Source: Neisseriaceae bacterium
Lineage (GTDB): Bacteria > Pseudomonadota > Gammaproteobacteria > Burkholderiales > Neisseriaceae
NCBI GenBank assembly: GCA_017991555.1
Contig: JAGOQM010000004.1
Location: 18,273 to 82,272 of the forward strand
Reading direction: 5' to 3'
Length of the DNA stretch: 64,000 nt
Shown here: one piece after another, positions 30,565 through 42,785 of the stretch
How positions within the stretch are numbered: the stretch's first letter is position 1
Layout: each line of letters starts with the position of its first letter
Notes under the pieces: generated by a model
The model's input: only the letters and a program-made list of their open reading frames with translations
Told to the model about the DNA's origin: nothing
Databases searched by the model: none
Translations under genes and position numbers: made by a program

Positions 30565-31323
30565 ATGACAGAGCCAAAAAAAGACGACGTGACGCCGTCT
30601 CAAAAAAGTTTTATTAAATCGGGCATTTACCTTTTGCCTAACTCATTTACCCTAGCCGCATTGTTTTCTGGCTTTTATGGCATTGTACAAGCCATGAATG
30701 GCCGTTTTGAACTGGCCGCGATTGCGGTGTTCCTCTCAATGATCTTGGATGGCATGGACGGCCGCGTGGCGCGCATGACGCACAGCCAGAGTGATTTTGG
30801 CGCCGAGTTCGACAGCTTGGCCGACATGGTGAGTTTTGGCGTGGCGCCGGCACTGATCGCCTATGAATGGCAGCTCCAGGCTTTTGGCCGTTTCGGCTGG
30901 GCGGTGGCGTTTATTTACTGCGCCTGCGCCGCCATGCGCTTGGCCCTCTTTAACACCATGGTGGGTAAAACCGACAAGCGTTGGTTTATTGGGATCCCCA
31001 GCCCTACGGCGGCCGCTTTAGTGTGTGGCCTAGTGTGGATTAGCCATGAGTATGAAGCCATGCCGTACGTGGGTTGGGTGGCGATGGTGCTGACCGCTTT
31101 TGCCGGTTTGTCGATGGTGGTGCCGGTTAAGTTCTGGAGCTTTAAAGAGCTGCACGTGCGCCGTAAAATGCCGTTTTTCACCCTGTTGATTTCCATTGTG
31201 ATCTTATTGCTGTTGGTGTTGGAGCCGGCCTTGGTGTTGTTTAGCTTCTTCGTGCTGTATAGCCTGTCAGGTTACGTTTACTACCTGTGGTGCTTGATGA
31301 AAAAGCCTAAAACGGCGGCATAA
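30565..31323 (+). CDS. pssA: CDP-diacylglycerol--serine O-phosphatidyltransferase (CDP-alcohol phosphatidyltransferase family)
   Basis: Contains the motif DGMDGRVARMTHSQSDFGAEFDSLADMVSFG. The ATG at 30565 follows AAGAAAGGGA. The ORF-track start at 30397 adds a non-homologous Cys-rich extension. Confidence 0.88.
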   Translation: MTEPKKDDVTPSQKSFIKSGIYLLPNSFTLAALFSGFYGIVQAMNGRFELAAIAVFLSMILDGMDGRVARMTHSQSDFGAEFDSLADMVSFGVAPALIAYEWQLQAFGRFGWAVAFIYCACAAMRLALFNTMVGKTDKRWFIGIPSPTAAALVCGLVWISHEYEAMPYVGWVAMVLTAFAGLSMVVPVKFWSFKELHVRRKMPFFTLLISIVILLLLVLEPALVLFSFFVLYSLSGYVYYLWCLMKKPKTAA

Positions 31324-31342
31324 CCGTCCGCTGTATGATGTG

Positions 31343-31370
31343 AAAGCTGCCCTTAATGGGGCAGCTTTTT
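31343..31370 (+). terminator. rho-independent terminator of pssA
   Basis: Stem aaagctgccc/gggcagcttt followed by a T-run. Confidence 0.85.
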
Positions 31371-31489
31371 GTGTATTTTTCTTTGACACTTTATTGACTT
31401 GGTGTATTTTGTGTTAAGGTTAATATTGACCGTGGCATGCCAGTCTTGGCATGGCGACCGTATTGTCGACCTAGGAACCTTTTGAACGT

Positions 31490-32059
31490 ATGGGCAGTCT
31501 TTCTTCTAGCGCTTGGGCCATTGACCCAAGCGGTTGGTTACCGCAAGCCACTCATTTGCCGTCGCCTAATTTTGAGGCACGCACGGAGGCGGTAGACCTG
31601 GTGGTGTTACACAATATATCGCTGCCGCCGTTTGAGTATCAGCAGCAAGGGCCGCAGCAGCTGTTTCAAAACGCCCTTGACCCTAGCGTACACCCATTTT
31701 ATGCGGTGATTCAGTCGCTGCGGGTGTCGAGCCATTTATTAATTGAGCGCAGTGGACAGGTGACCCAGCTGGTGTCGTTTCAAGACCAAGCCTACCACGC
31801 AGGCGTCTCGTCTTTTCAAGGGCGCCCCCGCTGCAATGCTTTTTCAATTGGGATAGAATTAGAAGGATGCGATTTCGAGCCTTTTAGTGCCGCCCAGTAT
31901 GAGGCCTTGGTGCCGCTTTTGACGGCCCTGTGCCAGCATTATGAGATTAAGGCGATCACCGGGCATGAAGATATTGCGCCGGATCGCAAAACCGACCCAG
32001 GCCATTTTTTTGATTGGTTTAAGCTTCAGCAAGCAGGGTTGCCGATCGTAAGAGGATAG
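31490..32059 (+). CDS. ampD: 1,6-anhydro-N-acetylmuramyl-L-alanine amidase
   Basis: 189 aa with an amidase_2 pattern (SPNFEAR, VLHNISLPP, YHAGVS, SIGIELEG, GHEDIAP). Confidence 0.88.
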   Translation: MGSLSSSAWAIDPSGWLPQATHLPSPNFEARTEAVDLVVLHNISLPPFEYQQQGPQQLFQNALDPSVHPFYAVIQSLRVSSHLLIERSGQVTQLVSFQDQAYHAGVSSFQGRPRCNAFSIGIELEGCDFEPFSAAQYEALVPLLTALCQHYEIKAITGHEDIAPDRKTDPGHFFDWFKLQQAGLPIVRG

Positions 32060-32178
32060 CCGAACGCAGGCAGCGTGGTTAAAAGGTGTGAATAAAGATA
32101 CGCTTATGCCGAAGTTATCGCTATAATCGTTTAAAATGATGGCAACATGTGACAACTTGAATATAAAGTGATGATTGA

Positions 32179-33549
32179 ATGATGAACGAACTGACCTTAG
32201 CGCTGGTGGTGATCTGTGTGGCGATTGTGGCTGCCGTTTTGGGCTACAACATTTACCAGGAACGTAAGTTCCGGGAACAAATGCGTAAACGCTTTAGCGG
32301 TTCGCAGGACGATGTGTTGCTGCAAAAGCCTAAAAATCAGGTGCGAGATGGCCAAGAAGGGACGTTGGCGCCTAGTTTGGTTCAGCCTCAATCATCATCG
32401 CCCCAGACGGCGACGGTTGAGCCCGCGGCAGCAGACGCGGCGCCCATTCCGACCACCTCGGGGCTGTTTGACGTGGACGCGGCTAAGCCGAAGAATATGG
32501 CGCGTGAAACCGACGATGATTTTGCCAGCAGCCCCGCCGAACGTGCGGCCAATGAGGCTGCGGCAGCGATGACGCTAGAGACAGAGTATGAGGCAGAGGA
32601 AGACAATGCCGGTTTATTGGTTCAGGAAGCCAGCACGCCCATGCAGCAGGTGATCTTTGAAGAGGTTGAGTTGGCCCCAGCGCCGCAAACCGCGCCAGAA
32701 GTGGTGAACCGCAAGCTATTACTGCGCTTAAAAGACATGGCCAAGCTGGATTTGCCTTGGTTTGACCGTCGCTGCGACTACACCGCCTATGTGTCTTTGG
32801 CCGAGCCGCGCGAACTAACCGTGGCGCCTAGGTTGAGCAACCGTCATCGTTTTCGCATTATTGGTTGCACCATGGATGGCCGCTACCAGCGTGCCGAGCC
32901 GATTCCAGGGGTACAGTATCAAGGCTTCGTGCTGGGCCTACAGGCGATTAGCCGTGCCGGCCTAGCCTCGATTGAAGACTTAGATCAGTTTGCGGCCAAC
33001 GCCAACGCCTTTGCCGAAGAAATGAATGGTGGCCTATTGCTCACCGACGTGGATGCGTTCATGCAGCTGGCCCGTCCGCTAGACGAGCTGTGCGCCCGCG
33101 TGGACCAAACCATCGCGATTCACCTCTTGGCGCGCGGCAGCGTGTCGGGCACTGAGCTGCGTATGGAAGTGGAGCGCCTGGGTTTTGAATTAGAACACGA
33201 TGGTGCGTTCCACTATCATGGCAGCGCCACCGAAGACTTATTTACCTTAGTGACCCTAGACAATACGCCGTTCACCGGCCCGTTGTTGGACAACCAAGCG
33301 TACCGTGGCTTCAGTATGCTGTATGATGTGACGCATGTGCCTACTGGCGAAAAATCGTTTGCTCAGTTCATGGATTTGACCGTGAAGCTGGCCAGCGCCT
33401 TACGCCTAGATTTAGTGGACGACCAGTTAAAAGAGTTATCGACCAGTTCGCTCAAGCAAATTCGCCAACACGTGGCCCAGTTACAAGGGGACATGGTGTC
33501 CGCCGGGATTGAGCCAGGCGACGAATTGGCCGAGCGCCTCTTCGCTTAA
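32179..33549 (+). CDS. zipA: cell-division protein ZipA
   Basis: N-terminal TM helix, a P/Q/A-rich linker and a C-terminal ZipA FtsZ-binding domain. Sits immediately upstream of ligA. Confidence 0.85.
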   Translation: MMNELTLALVVICVAIVAAVLGYNIYQERKFREQMRKRFSGSQDDVLLQKPKNQVRDGQEGTLAPSLVQPQSSSPQTATVEPAAADAAPIPTTSGLFDVDAAKPKNMARETDDDFASSPAERAANEAAAAMTLETEYEAEEDNAGLLVQEASTPMQQVIFEEVELAPAPQTAPEVVNRKLLLRLKDMAKLDLPWFDRRCDYTAYVSLAEPRELTVAPRLSNRHRFRIIGCTMDGRYQRAEPIPGVQYQGFVLGLQAISRAGLASIEDLDQFAANANAFAEEMNGGLLLTDVDAFMQLARPLDELCARVDQTIAIHLLARGSVSGTELRMEVERLGFELEHDGAFHYHGSATEDLFTLVTLDNTPFTGPLLDNQAYRGFSMLYDVTHVPTGEKSFAQFMDLTVKLASALRLDLVDDQLKELSTSSLKQIRQHVAQLQGDMVSAGIEPGDELAERLFA

Positions 33550-33569
33550 CCTCACCGCAAGCAGCCTAG

Positions 33570-36952
<3,383 letters not shown>

Positions 36953-37043
36953 GCCTAATCGTTGTCAGGTTAGGCTGAATGCGTATACTGGATGGATTAG
37001 GCGTGAGGCTCAAACATGAGTGAGGGACGCAGAGGACAAGCAC

Positions 37044-38606
37044 ATGGGCTTATTAAGTAAGTTATGGCATCAGTGGCAGCATAAAAAAGGTCAGGAAGCA
37101 GTGGTGGTGCAAGAGGTGTTTCAATCGGTGCCTCACTACATTAACCATCAGCGTCTGGCGTCTGGTTCGGGCCTGGTGGCGGAAGTGTTTAACCCCGCGA
37201 CTGGAGTGGCCGAAAAAGAAGTTGGCTTGGCCAACAGTGAGGAAGTTCAGCTGGCGGTACAGGCCGCCAAGTCGGCGTTGGGGCCGTGGGCCAAAACCAC
37301 GCCGGCGCACCGCGCCAGAGTGTTGTTCAAATACAAAGAGCTACTGGAAGGCAACCGGCAGGAGCTGGCGGCAGCGGTGGCGGCTGAGCAGGGTAAACTG
37401 CTGTCCGATGCGCTGGGTGAGGTGGACCGCGGCATCGAAGTGGTGGCTTTTGCCTGTGGCGCGCCTTATTTGCTGAGCGGTGACTATGCGCATGAGGTCA
37501 GCCACGAAGTCGACAGCTATCATTTTCGTAGTCCTGTTGGCGTGGTGGTGGGCATTACGCCCTTTAACTTCCCCGCCATGATTCCTTTGTGGATGGCGCC
37601 GCTGGCCATTGTGTGTGGCAACACCTTCGTGCTCAAACCTTCAGAGCAAACGCCTTCGGCAGCTTTGCTGTTGGCCGACCTGTTCCAACAGGCTGGGCTA
37701 CCGGCGGGCGTGTTTAACGTATTGCAAGGCGATCAGCTGGCCGTGGACGCCCTGATTGCCCACCCTGATGTGGCCGCGGTGAGCTTTATTGGCTCTACCG
37801 CCGTCGCGGAAAAAGTGTATGCGGCCGCGGCGCAGCACCATAAGCGGGTGCAGGCCTTGGGCAGCGCTAAAAACCACATCGTGGTGATGCCGGATGCGCC
37901 GTTGGATGAAGCGGTAGATGCGTTGGTGGGCGCCGCCTTTGGGGCTGCCGGTGAGCGCTGTATGTCGGCCGCAGTGGCCGTGGTGGTGGGCGATGTGGCG
38001 CCAGAGCTGATGGCGAAGCTTAAGGCCAAGGTGGCCAGCGTGCGTACCGGTGCCCAGCATGAGGCGGGGGTACACTATGGGCCGTTGATTAGCCAAGTGC
38101 ATCTGGATCGGTTGCGCGATAGCGTCAGCGTGGGCGTGGCCGAAGGGGCCGAGCTGCTGATTGATGGGCGTGATGTGGTGGTGGAAGGGCATGAGCAAGG
38201 CTACTTTATGGGGCCCTGCCTGTTTGATTTTGTGACCCCGAACATGAAGATTTATCAGCAGGAGCTGTTTGGCCCGGTGCTGTGCGTGGTGCGGGTGCCG
38301 CATTTAGAAGCGGCGCTGGACCTGATTAATCAGTGTGCCTTTGCCAACGGCGGCAGCATCTTCACCCAGTCTGGCCGAGTGGCGCGGGCGTTTGTGGCTC
38401 AGGTCGAAGTGGGCATGGTGGGGGTGAACGTGCCCGTGCCGATGCCGATGGCCTACCACAGCTTTGGCGGTTGGAAAAACTCGTTGTTTGGCGACCTGGC
38501 GGTGTATGGCCAAGACGGGATTCGGTTCTATACCCGCAGCAAAAATGTGACCACGCGCTGGCACGATGTGGTGAGTGAGTCGGCGTTCGATTTGCCCAGC
38601 CGCTAA
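37044..38606 (+). CDS. mmsA: CoA-acylating methylmalonate-semialdehyde dehydrogenase (aldehyde dehydrogenase family)
   Basis: About 520 aa with an ALDH fold, a catalytic Cys in GERCMS and an MmsA-like C-terminus. The exact start is uncertain. Confidence 0.8.
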   Translation: MGLLSKLWHQWQHKKGQEAVVVQEVFQSVPHYINHQRLASGSGLVAEVFNPATGVAEKEVGLANSEEVQLAVQAAKSALGPWAKTTPAHRARVLFKYKELLEGNRQELAAAVAAEQGKLLSDALGEVDRGIEVVAFACGAPYLLSGDYAHEVSHEVDSYHFRSPVGVVVGITPFNFPAMIPLWMAPLAIVCGNTFVLKPSEQTPSAALLLADLFQQAGLPAGVFNVLQGDQLAVDALIAHPDVAAVSFIGSTAVAEKVYAAAAQHHKRVQALGSAKNHIVVMPDAPLDEAVDALVGAAFGAAGERCMSAAVAVVVGDVAPELMAKLKAKVASVRTGAQHEAGVHYGPLISQVHLDRLRDSVSVGVAEGAELLIDGRDVVVEGHEQGYFMGPCLFDFVTPNMKIYQQELFGPVLCVVRVPHLEAALDLINQCAFANGGSIFTQSGRVARAFVAQVEVGMVGVNVPVPMPMAYHSFGGWKNSLFGDLAVYGQDGIRFYTRSKNVTTRWHDVVSESAFDLPSR

Positions 38607-38622
38607 GGCGTAAATGAAACCA

Positions 38623-38648
38623 CAGCGAGCCCTCGGGCTCGCTGTTTT
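38623..38648 (+). terminator. rho-independent terminator of mmsA
   Basis: Stem cagcgagcc/ggctcgctg followed by TTTT. Confidence 0.8.
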
Positions 38649-38676
38649 GGTTGGGTGCAACCCAGCGCTTGTAGGC

Positions 38677-39426
38677 CTAGCCGAACAGGTCGGATTGGGC
38701 CGTAGGCGCTGGCGCTAACTGCCAGTTAATGGCGGTTCGCTGGTGTTGGCTAAGGTATTCATTGGCCCGCACGAAATGCTGGTTGCCCAAAAAGCCGCGG
38801 CTGGCCGACAGCGGTGAGGGGTGGGCCGAACAGAGGATGAGCTGCCGCTGGTCGTCAATCAAGCTGGCCTTTGCTTCGGCGTGTTTGCCCCACAGCATAA
38901 ACACGGTGTGCTGGCGGTGCTGATTCACAAAGCGCAGCAGCGCGTCGCTGACCACGGCCCACGGCCAGGCCTTGTGGCTGGCAGCCTGATGGGCTTCGAC
39001 GGTGAAGGCGGTGTTCAGCAACAGAACGCCTTGTGCCACCCAAGCGCTCAGGTCGCCGTGGGCGGGTGGGGTAAAGTCAGTAGACTGGGCCAGCTCTTTG
39101 TACATGTTGCGCAGCGATGGTGGTACCCGTTCGCCTAAGCGCACCGAAAAGGCCAGGCCGTTGGCCTGATTAGGGCCATGATACGGATCTTGTCCCACAA
39201 TGACGCAATGAACGGCGCAAACCGGTAGGGCCAAGGCGGCAAACAGATCCGTGGCGGGCGGATAAATGACTTTGCCTGCCGCGATTTCAGCCGCGTAGCG
39301 GCCATGACAGTCTTGCAGCGCCGCCAGCACCGTGGGGGCGCTCAGGCAGGGCAGCCAGCTGGCGTCGACTTCGCTTAAGGCGCCAGCCCATAGGGGCAAG
39401 GCGCGCATTAAGGAGGCTTGAGCCAT
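38677..39426 (-). CDS. ung: uracil-DNA glycosylase
   Basis: Contains the motifs GQDPYHGPNQANGLAFSV and HPSPLSA. The ATG at 39426 overlaps the rhodanese stop (TAATG). The ORF-track start at 39465 is an extension. Confidence 0.92.
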   Translation of the reverse strand: MAQASLMRALPLWAGALSEVDASWLPCLSAPTVLAALQDCHGRYAAEIAAGKVIYPPATDLFAALALPVCAVHCVIVGQDPYHGPNQANGLAFSVRLGERVPPSLRNMYKELAQSTDFTPPAHGDLSAWVAQGVLLLNTAFTVEAHQAASHKAWPWAVVSDALLRFVNQHRQHTVFMLWGKHAEAKASLIDDQRQLILCSAHPSPLSASRGFLGNQHFVRANEYLSQHQRTAINWQLAPAPTAQSDLFG

Positions 39427-39755
39427 TAGTACGTGGGCACGCTGGGGTCGATGCTGCGCGACCAAGCGTCGATGCCGCCGGTGAGGTTGTACACATCGGC
39501 CTCAAAGCCAGTGTGCTTCAAGAACATGGCCACCTGTAGGCTACGCATGCCGTGATGGCAATACACCACGATGGGGGTGTCGTCTGGCAGCTCGTTATGG
39601 CGTAGGGGGATCAGGTTCATGGGAATGTGAACGTGGCCAGGTAGGGCGCAGTGAGCGACCTCGTTGTCTTCACGCACGTCTAGCAGCACAAAAGGTTTTT
39701 TTTCTTGTTGCCATTGGGCCAGTTCTGAAACCGACAGGGTGTATACGTTGCTCAT
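39426..39755 (-). CDS. single-domain rhodanese (thiosulfate sulfurtransferase, GlpE-like)
   Basis: 109 aa with active-site loop CHHGMRS. Confidence 0.85.
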   Translation of the reverse strand: MSNVYTLSVSELAQWQQEKKPFVLLDVREDNEVAHCALPGHVHIPMNLIPLRHNELPDDTPIVVYCHHGMRSLQVAMFLKHTGFEADVYNLTGGIDAWSRSIDPSVPTY

Positions 39756-39774
39756 GAGGTCTTTTCTTCAGAAA

Positions 39775-39813
39775 AAATGAAAAAATAAAGCCCTTGTCGG
39801 AGCAAGGGCTTTT
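39775..39813 (-). terminator. rho-independent terminator of pcm (bidirectional-looking)
   Basis: Stem agcccttg/caagggct flanked by an A-rich run and TTTT. Confidence 0.7.
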
Positions 39814-39826
39814 GTAGAAGGCTGTT

Positions 39827-40489
39827 TTAGAAGCTGAAACGAGAAGCAACGAGGGCCTCAGCGCCCTGCAGGGGGGCGATGTAGGCATCGAATAAGCGTT
39901 TTTCTTCAAAACTGTCGCCGCGACGGGTCACTAGGGTGGCCCGTTGAATGGGGTCAGCCGCATCGCCAATCATGGCAATCAGGCGACCACCGTCGGCCAG
40001 CTGGGCCTTTAGGGTTTCTGGCACCACGGGGCAAGAGCCGCCGACAAAAATGGCTTGGTAAGGGGCTTGATCATTAACGCCTTGAAGGCCATCGGCCTGT
40101 TTGTAGGTCACGTTGTTACGGTTAAGCTGTTGCAAAGCGGCTTCGGCTAATTTTAGCTGCGCCGCATCGACGTCGACGGTCAACACGCTGTGGGCCATGG
40201 CCGACAAAATGGCGGTGCCGTAGCCTGAACCGGTGCCCACTTCTAAGACGTTCTCAGTATTGGTTAGCTTGAGTGCTTGTGCCATACGCGCCACAATTTT
40301 AGGCTCGGTCATTTCGCTGCCGTTGGGTAAGGGCAATACCTGGTCGGTGTAAGCGATGGCTTTTTGTGCTTCAGGTACGAAAATTTCACGCGGAATTTCT
40401 TGTAGCACATCCAGCAAATCAAAGTCCAAAACATCCCATGGGCGGATTTGTTGTTCCACCATGTTAAAACGCGCGTTGTTAAAGTCCAT
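39827..40489 (-). CDS. pcm: protein-L-isoaspartate O-methyltransferase
   Basis: SAM motif VLEVGTGSGYGTAIL. The ATG at 40489 is preceded by a GGAG RBS. Confidence 0.88.
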   Translation of the reverse strand: MDFNNARFNMVEQQIRPWDVLDFDLLDVLQEIPREIFVPEAQKAIAYTDQVLPLPNGSEMTEPKIVARMAQALKLTNTENVLEVGTGSGYGTAILSAMAHSVLTVDVDAAQLKLAEAALQQLNRNNVTYKQADGLQGVNDQAPYQAIFVGGSCPVVPETLKAQLADGGRLIAMIGDAADPIQRATLVTRRGDSFEEKRLFDAYIAPLQGAEALVASRFSF

Positions 40490-40599
40490 CCTGCACTCCA
40501 AAAGCTGGTTATCATGAAGAGGAAGATTATCCCATATTTACACCGAACGTGCATGGGTTTAACGCAACTAAAAGAAATCCCTGTGTTTCTGATCGGTCA

Positions 40600-41103
40600 T
40601 TAAGGACGATTGAGCTTGGGTACGGCCTTGCCCAAAATGATGACGTCGGTTTTGGCGTGGTGTAAGTCGCTGACCTGGGGCAAAAAACCCCATTGTTCAA
40701 ACCCATATTTTTTAAACAGGCGCAGGCTGGGCTGATTGTTGGCGTACACAATGGCCAGCACGTTATGGATGCCGAGGATGGGGGCCATATTGAGCATAAA
40801 CCCCAGAATTTCAGAGCCCAGGCCTTGGTTTTGCACGGCTGGGGCGAGGTAAATGCTGATTTCGGCGCTGATTCGATCCATGTTGGAAGGGTGTTCAACG
40901 CTAAAAGAGGCCCACGCGACCATGATGCCTTCGTCGTTATAATAGGCATAAAGGGGGTAGTGGGCCTGCTTGTGGGCGTCGAACCAGAGGGTTTGATCGC
41001 CCTGAGTGAGGGTGGTGAAGTCGGGTGCAGATTGGTCGTACGGTAGCGAAGCGTTGTAGATTGCCATGACTTCTTGTAGATCAGTTACTTGTGCCAGTTT
41101 CAT
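40600..41103 (-). CDS. GNAT-family N-acetyltransferase (phosphinothricin-acetyltransferase-like)
   Basis: 167 aa starting at the ATG at 41103 (MKLAQVTDLQEVMAIYN), with acetyl-CoA motif QNQGLGSEIL. The ORF-track start at 41283 adds an implausible 60-aa extension that overlaps the next gene's start. Confidence 0.78.
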   Translation of the reverse strand: MKLAQVTDLQEVMAIYNASLPYDQSAPDFTTLTQGDQTLWFDAHKQAHYPLYAYYNDEGIMVAWASFSVEHPSNMDRISAEISIYLAPAVQNQGLGSEILGFMLNMAPILGIHNVLAIVYANNQPSLRLFKKYGFEQWGFLPQVSDLHHAKTDVIILGKAVPKLNRP

Positions 41104-41248
41104 GATGTGCTTTTTTCTGAAAGGAGTATAAAAATAGTGTACCATGATTTCAGCACCAAAGACGTTGTGGCAGTGAGCGCGGGTGCAGCGCTCGGGACAA
41201 TAAAGAGGGGCTTCACCTAAGCCCAGATTCGACATAAGGAGATAGATC

Positions 41249-41671
41249 ATGAATAAATTATGGTTGGTATTGTTAGCAGGCATGAGCAGCGTTGGTTTTG
41301 CTCAAGGAATTGTGGGCAAGTGGCAGACCATTGACGACGAAACCAAAAAGCCTAAGGGCGTGGTTGAAATCGTTGCTTCAGGTGGGGCATTCCAAGGCCG
41401 AGTCACCCAGCTGTATGAAGGGTCTTTGAATCAGTGTACCGGCTGTACCGGTGCGCAAAAGGATGGCCCCATCATTGGCATGACGGTGGTTTCTGGCCTT
41501 AAAGAAACCAAAGACGGCCAGTACGAAGGCGGTAAAGTATTTGATCCGAAAAGTGGGAAAACCTACAGTGCCAAAGCCAAGCTAATCAATAACGGCCAGT
41601 CCCTAGAACTGCGTGGTTTTGTGGGCGTGTCGCTATTGGGCCGTACGCAAACCTGGAAGCGCCTAAACTAG
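41249..41671 (+). CDS. secreted DUF2147-family protein
   Basis: 140 aa with a signal peptide and the pattern GKWQTIDDETKKPK...GKVFDPKSGKTYSAK typical of DUF2147. Confidence 0.75.
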   Translation: MNKLWLVLLAGMSSVGFAQGIVGKWQTIDDETKKPKGVVEIVASGGAFQGRVTQLYEGSLNQCTGCTGAQKDGPIIGMTVVSGLKETKDGQYEGGKVFDPKSGKTYSAKAKLINNGQSLELRGFVGVSLLGRTQTWKRLN

Positions 41672-41692
41672 GATCAGGATGGATGTGAATCG

Positions 41693-41723
41693 CAGGGGGC
41701 ACTATGACAGGCCCCCTGTTTTT
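41693..41723 (+). terminator. rho-independent terminator of the DUF2147 gene
   Basis: Stem cagggggc/gccccctg followed by TTTTT. Confidence 0.85.
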
Positions 41724-41907
41724 CTAGTATGATGGCGATGAGTCGCCATAAAAATGTTTCGGGAATGATTTTGTGGTTTGATGGTCTATGCTTCATAGAC
41801 CACAATCTTGTGGTGAGTGGCAGTGCCTTGCGTACGGTCATCATGTCTTTATGTTTTAAGCCTCGGGCTTGAAGCGCGTGTTTAACGCCAACAGAGAAAG
41901 CAGCTGG

Positions 41908-42627
41908 ATGCGTATTTTTTCATTGAGTCCCAAAAAATTCATGCACACGATGGGTGTGGTCAGTTTAATCGCCGTGCTCGGCGCCTGCGGCAGCAACAAT
42001 GCGCCCGTCAGTCGTGGCAACAGTGCGGGCCCTGCGCCCACGGGCTATTACCGGGTGAAGCCGGGCGATAACCTGTACCGTATCGGCATGAAGCACGGCC
42101 AAACCGTGACCGCCTTGCAGCGCCTCAACGGCCTGTCTGATCCTTCTAAAATTGAAGTGGGCCAGCTCATCAAGGTGCGCGGCAACGCGAAAGCCCCTGC
42201 CAATGCGGGTAAAAAACCGGCCTCGGGCAACAAGGGCAACAATAACAATACGGCGGCCTTAAAAACCAACATTAAGCTGCAGTGGCCGGTACAGGGCCAA
42301 GTGATCGGCCGCTTTGATGGGCGGGCCAATAAGGGCATCGACATCGCCGGCAATGTGGGCACCCCGATTAAAGCGGCGGCGGCGGGCACGGTGATTTACG
42401 TGGGTGAAGAAGTGCGTGGCTATGGCAAGCTGGTGATGATTCGCCACGACGCTCGGACGCTGACGGCCTATGCCCACAATAACAGCACCAGCGTCAGCCT
42501 GAATCAGCGTGTGAGCGCCGGTCAGCAGATTGCCACCATGGGCAGCACCGGCACCAATCGCGTGAAGTCGCACTTTGAGCTGCGGATTCAAGGCAAAGCG
42601 GTGAATCCGATGCCGTATTTGAAATAA
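41908..42627 (+). CDS. nlpD: LysM plus M23 peptidase-domain lipoprotein (NlpD-like)
   Basis: Lipobox VLGACGS, a LysM domain (YRVKPGDNLYRIGMKHG) and a C-terminal M23 domain. The start could be 41908 or 41941. Confidence 0.85.
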   Translation: MRIFSLSPKKFMHTMGVVSLIAVLGACGSNNAPVSRGNSAGPAPTGYYRVKPGDNLYRIGMKHGQTVTALQRLNGLSDPSKIEVGQLIKVRGNAKAPANAGKKPASGNKGNNNNTAALKTNIKLQWPVQGQVIGRFDGRANKGIDIAGNVGTPIKAAAAGTVIYVGEEVRGYGKLVMIRHDARTLTAYAHNNSTSVSLNQRVSAGQQIATMGSTGTNRVKSHFELRIQGKAVNPMPYLK

Positions 42628-42656
42628 ACCAGGGCCTAGCCCGTAGATGATGACGC

Positions 42657-42680
42657 ACCGCCTCTTGTAGGCGGTTTTTT
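42657..42680 (+). terminator. rho-independent terminator of the nlpD-like gene
   Basis: Stem accgcct/aggcggt followed by a T-run. Confidence 0.8.
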
Positions 42681-42785
42681 GTGGTCAGTTGCCAGCCGTG
42701 TTGACATTGGGTTGGGTTTCGGTTGACGCTGGCGGCGACTGGGTTTATTTTCTGTCTTTTAGAGGATGTGTTTGGGTTGAGTACG